A stretch of DNA of 64,000 nt from Patescibacteria group bacterium (GTDB lineage: Bacteria > Patescibacteriota > Dojkabacteria > GCA-002793355). Position 1 is the first letter of the stretch. Each line of letters starts with the position of its first letter. The notes under the pieces were generated by a model. That model had not been told where the DNA came from. It was given only the letters and a program-made list of their open reading frames with translations, and searched no databases. Positions 58,761 to 64,000 of the stretch are shown piece by piece. Position numbers and translations under genes: made by a program. The stretch lies in NCBI GenBank assembly GCA_016860985.1, contig BOKM01000001.1:220185-284184 (forward strand), written 5' to 3'.

Positions 58761-59608
58761 TAGATTCGCATTGTCATTTAAACGCTTCGTACCCTAGTAA
58801 AGCAGCTGCTGCACCCACAATCGAGTCTTTTATATCAAAAGGCGGAAAACGAATTGTTGACGTGGCAACAAATATTGAAGAAATTACCATTAGCCAATCA
58901 CTTGCCCGTGCGTACCCTACGGCCATTTATTGCAATGTTGGATTGCACCCAGAAACACCAGACGGCAAAACTGATTCCTGGATAAAAATTCAAGATAGTC
59001 TTACAACACTTAGGTCAACAATAAACACCTTAATCAATCTCGTTGGGATTGGCGAAACAGGATTAGATTATAGTTACAAAGAAACACAGGGTGAATACTT
59101 CACCAAGGTAATTGAACAGCAAAGAGAACTTTTTGTTTCGCATATCGAATTAGCAAAAAAGAATGAACTGCCGCTAATTATTCATGCAAGAGGTGAGCAC
59201 CAACAAGATTATTCCGTGTATCAAGACGTTCTTGGCATACTCACCGAAGAGAAGTTTTCAGGAAGGGTGTATTTTCATAGTTTTGGCGGAACCAAAGAAC
59301 TCGCAGAAAAAATAGTAGACCAAGGTTATTTAATAGGCGTAAATGGCATTGTTACCTATTCCGGAGCACAAATTGTTGCAGAATGCATTCAATATGCACC
59401 ATTGTCTGCCCTTTTGCTTGAAACCGACGCACCTTTTCTGATACCAAGCAATCTTGATAGAAAAGAACTCCAAATTCCAAAGGTAAATGAGCCAATCGGT
59501 ATTTTTGCAACTGCTGCGCGGGTAGCAAAGCTTAAGAATACAGATGTTGCAGACGTTCTACACGCTGGTGAGCAGAATGCGCACGCCATTTTTGAAAGAA
59601 TGTTGTAA
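58757..59608 (+). CDS. tatD: TatD family nuclease
   Basis: IDSHCH, GLHP, GIGETGLDY, IIHAR, HSF, LETDAPFL. Confidence 0.93.
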   Translation: MIDSHCHLNASYPSKAAAAPTIESFISKGGKRIVDVATNIEEITISQSLARAYPTAIYCNVGLHPETPDGKTDSWIKIQDSLTTLRSTINTLINLVGIGETGLDYSYKETQGEYFTKVIEQQRELFVSHIELAKKNELPLIIHARGEHQQDYSVYQDVLGILTEEKFSGRVYFHSFGGTKELAEKIVDQGYLIGVNGIVTYSGAQIVAECIQYAPLSALLLETDAPFLIPSNLDRKELQIPKVNEPIGIFATAARVAKLKNTDVADVLHAGEQNAHAIFERML

Positions 59609-59631
59609 GAATCTCCCTATACAATTATGTC

Positions 59632-60336
59632 ATGGAAACACTTAATAATGGCGTTTGTTTGGGTAATTCACCGTATCTTACCTCAATACTTATGCCGCAA
59701 CTAAAGTTGCGGCATATCAACCTGCAGCGATTACAATCGATAGAAGAAATGCTGCAAGAGAAGTCCCCGTTTTGCATTATAGAAGGGGACCATCTGCTTC
59801 AGCAACCTGCAATAGTTCAACAAAAGCTTAGACCCTATTTTCTCGAAAAGAAGTTCTCACTTGCACTTCACTATTCAAAAGACTACAAGCAAAAACTCAA
59901 TCTACTCGAATTTGGTGTTCAAGTTTGCATTGATCTCCCCTGTTCTACCGAAGTTGTACTCAAAACCATAGAAAACAATATAGTTGCACTTACGCCAGCA
60001 AAGCCATCGCAAGCTCACCTTGAGCCAGAAGCTCCAACAACGTTTACTTACCTACACGATGGCATCGGTCGATATTTTCTTACAAACAAAACGAAGAGCA
60101 TCTACATGAATATCATTGAACAACGATTGCTTGAATATCTAAAGCGAAGAAAGGGATTTGTGAGTAAAAATGAACTTTCGTACGCTGGCTGGAAACATTT
60201 TGAAATGAAGCCAAATACGGTCACTGTCACAATTAAAAAGATGCGCGCAAAATTGCGTGCTATAAAACTCCCTTACCGAATTCGCTCACTCTATGGATAC
60301 GGGTATATGCTCGAACCAACAGAAACAATGAACTAA
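59632..60336 (+). CDS. OmpR/PhoB-type winged-helix protein with degenerate receiver
   Basis: C-terminal EQRLL...VSKNEL...W...NTVTVTIKKMRAKL...IRSLYGYGY. Confidence 0.75.
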   Translation: METLNNGVCLGNSPYLTSILMPQLKLRHINLQRLQSIEEMLQEKSPFCIIEGDHLLQQPAIVQQKLRPYFLEKKFSLALHYSKDYKQKLNLLEFGVQVCIDLPCSTEVVLKTIENNIVALTPAKPSQAHLEPEAPTTFTYLHDGIGRYFLTNKTKSIYMNIIEQRLLEYLKRRKGFVSKNELSYAGWKHFEMKPNTVTVTIKKMRAKLRAIKLPYRIRSLYGYGYMLEPTETMN

Positions 60337-61889
60337 AGCTCTGCCTTTTGTCCGTCTCTAACCTTTGGAGTAACCATAAAGGTCATTGATTTGCCTAACA
60401 TCATCTCGATTTGTGCTTGCAAGTAGGGAAAGAAGCCAAGAGTTAACGAGAATACGACTAACAACAACTGTTCAAAATAGTGCCAGATAAAGAATAGGAC
60501 TCCCCTGCTTTTTGGTGGCTGCCCGTACATTGCCTCAAGAATCGAACGTGAAGGAAATAACCCAAGCAAAGAGAAGGTCAAAAGAGTACTGACAATTTTT
60601 GGTAACACATGAGCAGAACTCGAAAGGCCGAAATCGGGGTTCAAAAGCGTGATCAATGGAATGGAAAAACTTAAAAGAAACGTAAGTGTCGAATAGAGAT
60701 TATAGACTCTAAATAGTTCAACTACACTGCCAATTTTTTTGCCTACACTAATGTTCTTATTGTTCTTTATTCCCTGAATAGTCATTGGGTACACGATGGC
60801 GCCCCACCCCCATCGACGTAATTGTTTATACATAACTACGTGCGACTTTACGTACGTGTCAGCTTGGACTGCGTCGTTATAACATGGAGCATAAAACTCT
60901 TCTCCGCGAAAATTGCCATCAAGTGCAAGAAAAGCTCTCCAGTAAAAACCGGTGTCATCAACTCCAATTTTTGGATCAAAATAATCAATCTGATGAAGAA
61001 GTTGTAAGTTGAATCCGTAACATGAAAACGATTGCTTCTTCTTTTTTGATACAACCCACTCACTCATCAGTGCCAACGTAAGCACTCCAGAGAAAACGCG
61101 CATTAAAACAGGTACATCCCAGTAATTGTTGGAATACAACATAATTGCAGGGGAGAAAAAGGCATAATATCGATTTGGGGTGGTAAGGTATGTATGAACA
61201 TAATTTGAAATGAACTTCGGGTGAATAAGCATATCGCTGTCATACTTAATAACCTGATAATTTCGTAAATCCTCACCTTTTTCGATTAACTCTTTCGCAT
61301 ACTCTCTAGATGCCCAGTTTAGGTTTGCACCTGCAATTCCTACCGCTTCGCCAGGAATATCTTTTGGATGGAGGTAAAACTTGAATTCAGCAAAAACACC
61401 TTGATATTCCTCCTGCAGCTTTTTCATTTGCTCTTTGAACTGCGGACCAGCACTAACTTCTAACCCAACGACAACAGATATTTTTTTTATATCAAATGTC
61501 GAGTTTTTTATGGAATCAAACGTTGCTTTTAATACAGCATACGGCTCTTTATAAACAGGGACCAATACCACTACTTTTAACTCATCAAAGGAAGCTGGGA
61601 GCTGCTCTTTGTTAGGAAGTTCTTCCCATACGAGTTTTTTAATCATCTCATCCCAATCGAGAGCTAACGCTCTTTTATATCGTCTAAAGGCAACAAGATT
61701 ACCGATGTTCGTTACAATCGTTTTATAGAACCAATACACAGACAAAAAGGCAACATAGTACAAAACGATTTCTGGTTTGCCGAGCAGCGTTGCCCAAATA
61801 GGAGCAAGCAGCAACAAGATAGTTACAAAACCAGGAATAATACGTACTACCTTAAAAAAGAGGGAGTCAAAATCATATATGTGTTTCAT
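60333..61889 (-). CDS. Membrane GT2-family glycosyltransferase
   Basis: VPVYKE, YDSD, VDD, QLRRWGWG; flanking TM helices. Confidence 0.88.
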   Translation of the reverse strand: MKHIYDFDSLFFKVVRIIPGFVTILLLLAPIWATLLGKPEIVLYYVAFLSVYWFYKTIVTNIGNLVAFRRYKRALALDWDEMIKKLVWEELPNKEQLPASFDELKVVVLVPVYKEPYAVLKATFDSIKNSTFDIKKISVVVGLEVSAGPQFKEQMKKLQEEYQGVFAEFKFYLHPKDIPGEAVGIAGANLNWASREYAKELIEKGEDLRNYQVIKYDSDMLIHPKFISNYVHTYLTTPNRYYAFFSPAIMLYSNNYWDVPVLMRVFSGVLTLALMSEWVVSKKKKQSFSCYGFNLQLLHQIDYFDPKIGVDDTGFYWRAFLALDGNFRGEEFYAPCYNDAVQADTYVKSHVVMYKQLRRWGWGAIVYPMTIQGIKNNKNISVGKKIGSVVELFRVYNLYSTLTFLLSFSIPLITLLNPDFGLSSSAHVLPKIVSTLLTFSLLGLFPSRSILEAMYGQPPKSRGVLFFIWHYFEQLLLVVFSLTLGFFPYLQAQIEMMLGKSMTFMVTPKVRDGQKAEL

Positions 61890-61961
61890 GCGATTTTTGC
61901 AAAGTTTTTTGTATTATACCTCATTGACAATACTGCGTGAATATCGTACCCTGAAACGTAT

Positions 61962-64000
61962 ATGACACAGCCCCTTTCATACAAAGATTTACTGCATACA
62001 CCGACGCAATTAACCGAAAAAGACCTCGGCCGAAAAGGCATGAGCCTTGCGTCACTTGTATCTCAATCAATTCCTGTTCCACCGTTTTTTATCTTGCCAC
62101 CGGAGCTTTTTAAATCAATTATCGTAGATATCTTTAAAGATAAATCGGTTGCCTCACTTTCAGAGTTTAGAAAAAGAATTGCCAGCGATTCACTTTCTAC
62201 AGATACCGTTGCGCAGATAGAATCAGAATATGCCAAACTTTCGGGCTTTGGTAAAACGTGGGTTGCCGTACGATCTTCAATCGTTGCGCCAGAGCATCCA
62301 CAAGTTTCCTTTAGTGGGTTGCTTTCTTCAAAACTGAATGTTCGTGGTACTAAAGAAATTGACGAAGGTATTAAAGAGATATTCATGTCACTTTTTTCGG
62401 ATAGATCCTATGACTATTTAAAGCGTAACTCGATTTCCTACGGTGATGTGAGTACTGCAATAGTCGTCCAAAAAATGATTCAAGCCGAAGTATCTGGCAT
62501 CATGTACACTTACGACCCAATAACTACGAACGCTAGCCATGTTTCAATCGAAGCAGTATTTGGCCTTGGTGATGTACTTGCCGACGGAAATATCAATCCA
62601 GACATCTACACTGTATCTAAAGACACTCTTGATATCGTCGAAAAGAAGATTGTTCCCCAAGAATGGATGAAAGTCAGAAAAATGGGTGACACTCAATCCT
62701 TAGAGCATCTTCAAAAGATTACCATTTCCAAAATGTGGCAATACTCTCAAAAACTAGACGATGCCTTAATTCGAGAGCTCACAAAGCTTGCCGAAACTGT
62801 AGAAAACGCACTAGGTGGACCTCAAGTAATCGAATGGGCAATGGAGAGGGGTAATCTCTATGTTCTGCAAGCAAAACCAATCGCAACGGCAGTTAACACT
62901 GAACTCAAGCATTTGCACGAAACAAAGCGGAAAATCACTTCTGCCCAGGATTTAGACACATTCTCTACCTTGTCTGACACGGTATCAGTAAGCATTCATA
63001 CTCCTCCTCCAGAAGAAAAGCCAGTGGTTCTCCCACAAGAAACATTACTCTTTACAGGTACGCCTGCCTGCCCTGGAACAGTGTATGGAGAAGTACTTTT
63101 GTTGCCAAGCGCAGCAAGCCTTACAGAAGAATCGCTCGCAACATTAAAAACTACAATTACAAAAAAACACATTTTGGTAACCGACGAATTTACCGCTACT
63201 CTAGAACCTCTTTTCTTTCTTGCGGGAGCAGTTGTAACCAACTTCGGTGGAGCAAATAGTGATGTTGCCATTGTGGCAAGAGAAGCACAAATCCCGGCCA
63301 TTGTAGGTACAAGAATTGCTACCACATATCTACAAACAAGTACACTGCTTAAAGTCGACGGCGCAGCTGGAGCAATTTATCGAGTAGACTTCCTACCAGA
63401 AGTGTCCCAAGCACAAGATAGCCCAACAGCCGTTGAGCCAAAAACAAAAAAGAAGAAGTTAAAAAAACTTAAAAAGAAGAAATCACTTATTGTCGAAACC
63501 ACTCCTATCGAGGTAAAAGTTGAGCCAAAGTTGTTACAAAAACAGGAAGAATTACCCGTTAAAATCTACTTGCCCGAAACAGTTCAAAGCCCTTATCTCT
63601 ACCAATCAACAATCTCAAATTCGGCACTTCCAAGTATTATTCACTCAATTGTGCTACCGGTACAGAATGCACATAAAGAAACTGTACTACATATCAAAAA
63701 GTTAAAGAAATCACAGGCAGGGCATATTTATTTACTCCTTCCTGACTCGCCTTCCTTGGAAGAAATGCTCCAAACCAAAAGAGATTTAGCAGCAATGGGT
63801 ATTAGACGCTCCAAAAAAGTTAGTGTCATAGCGCGCGTGCAATCAATGTATGGGATCCTCAATACAAGAGTGTTTAACGATATCGGCGTTGATGGATTGG
63901 TCTTTGATATTCCAGCAATTGCGACAGCATATAAGCCAGGGAGCACCTCGATTGACAGCGAGCTTTTTGCATTAGTCGAAAAGGCAATTGACACGATTAA
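61962..64000 (+). CDS. PEP synthase (PpsA)-like pseudoenzyme, runs off the window end (not in ORF track)
   Basis: Frame from ATG 61962 has GRKG..L...IPVPP, VAVRSS, VVQKMI, FGLGD, IEWA, LQAKP, GGANSDVAIVARE; preceded by TTGACA-17 nt-TACCCT. Confidence 0.85.
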   Translation, partial: MTQPLSYKDLLHTPTQLTEKDLGRKGMSLASLVSQSIPVPPFFILPPELFKSIIVDIFKDKSVASLSEFRKRIASDSLSTDTVAQIESEYAKLSGFGKTWVAVRSSIVAPEHPQVSFSGLLSSKLNVRGTKEIDEGIKEIFMSLFSDRSYDYLKRNSISYGDVSTAIVVQKMIQAEVSGIMYTYDPITTNASHVSIEAVFGLGDVLADGNINPDIYTVSKDTLDIVEKKIVPQEWMKVRKMGDTQSLEHLQKITISKMWQYSQKLDDALIRELTKLAETVENALGGPQVIEWAMERGNLYVLQAKPIATAVNTELKHLHETKRKITSAQDLDTFSTLSDTVSVSIHTPPPEEKPVVLPQETLLFTGTPACPGTVYGEVLLLPSAASLTEESLATLKTTITKKHILVTDEFTATLEPLFFLAGAVVTNFGGANSDVAIVAREAQIPAIVGTRIATTYLQTSTLLKVDGAAGAIYRVDFLPEVSQAQDSPTAVEPKTKKKKLKKLKKKKSLIVETTPIEVKVEPKLLQKQEELPVKIYLPETVQSPYLYQSTISNSALPSIIHSIVLPVQNAHKETVLHIKKLKKSQAGHIYLLLPDSPSLEEMLQTKRDLAAMGIRRSKKVSVIARVQSMYGILNTRVFNDIGVDGLVFDIPAIATAYKPGSTSIDSELFALVEKAIDTI

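Noticed and set aside
58157-58777. 206-aa minus-strand ORF
   Set aside because: Antisense shadow of the MgtC-family gene
62063-63994. Short ORF-track calls at the window end
   Set aside because: Antisense or out-of-frame to the long PpsA-like frame starting at 61962
1-64000. CRISPR array, transposase, integrase or prophage
   Set aside because: No regularly spaced repeats and no recognisable recombinase or phage proteins were seen
1-64000. Alternative genetic code (TGA read as Gly/Trp)
   Set aside because: TGA terminates infA and the MgtC gene at the expected positions, and conserved genes are uninterrupted under code 11

Overview
A 64-kb chromosomal segment of a Patescibacteria/CPR-like bacterium. 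The assignment is inferred from the missing rpmD (L30), the compact gene spacing, the divergent ribosomal proteins and several CPR-type membrane and cell-wall proteins. It uses the standard code 11. The window holds fusA-tuf and the S10-spc cluster, which is separated from the infA-alpha cluster by a ~7.3-kb insert. It also has rplM/rpsI, rplU/rpmA, queA, rny, hup, greA, pcrA, groES with a CIRCE box, hrcA, truB, surE, mscL, lepB, tatD, four tRNAs and an unannotated, very short (~229 nt) RNase P RNA. No CRISPR array, transposase or integrase was seen. The main unusual signals are: (1) EF-Tu and EF-G both lack the guanine-specifying G4 aspartate and both have Asp at the G5 serine, suggesting altered nucleotide specificity; (2) a three-copy family of structured elements directly 3' of tRNA genes, with covarying helices and duplicated tRNA 3' ends; (3) several intact but catalytically degenerate homologues (PpsA with His->Asp, ParB without the GxRR patch, truncated ComM); (4) small cloverleaf elements after stop codons; and (5) pervasive leaderless-type promoters. 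All family assignments come from motif recognition by eye; no database search was run.
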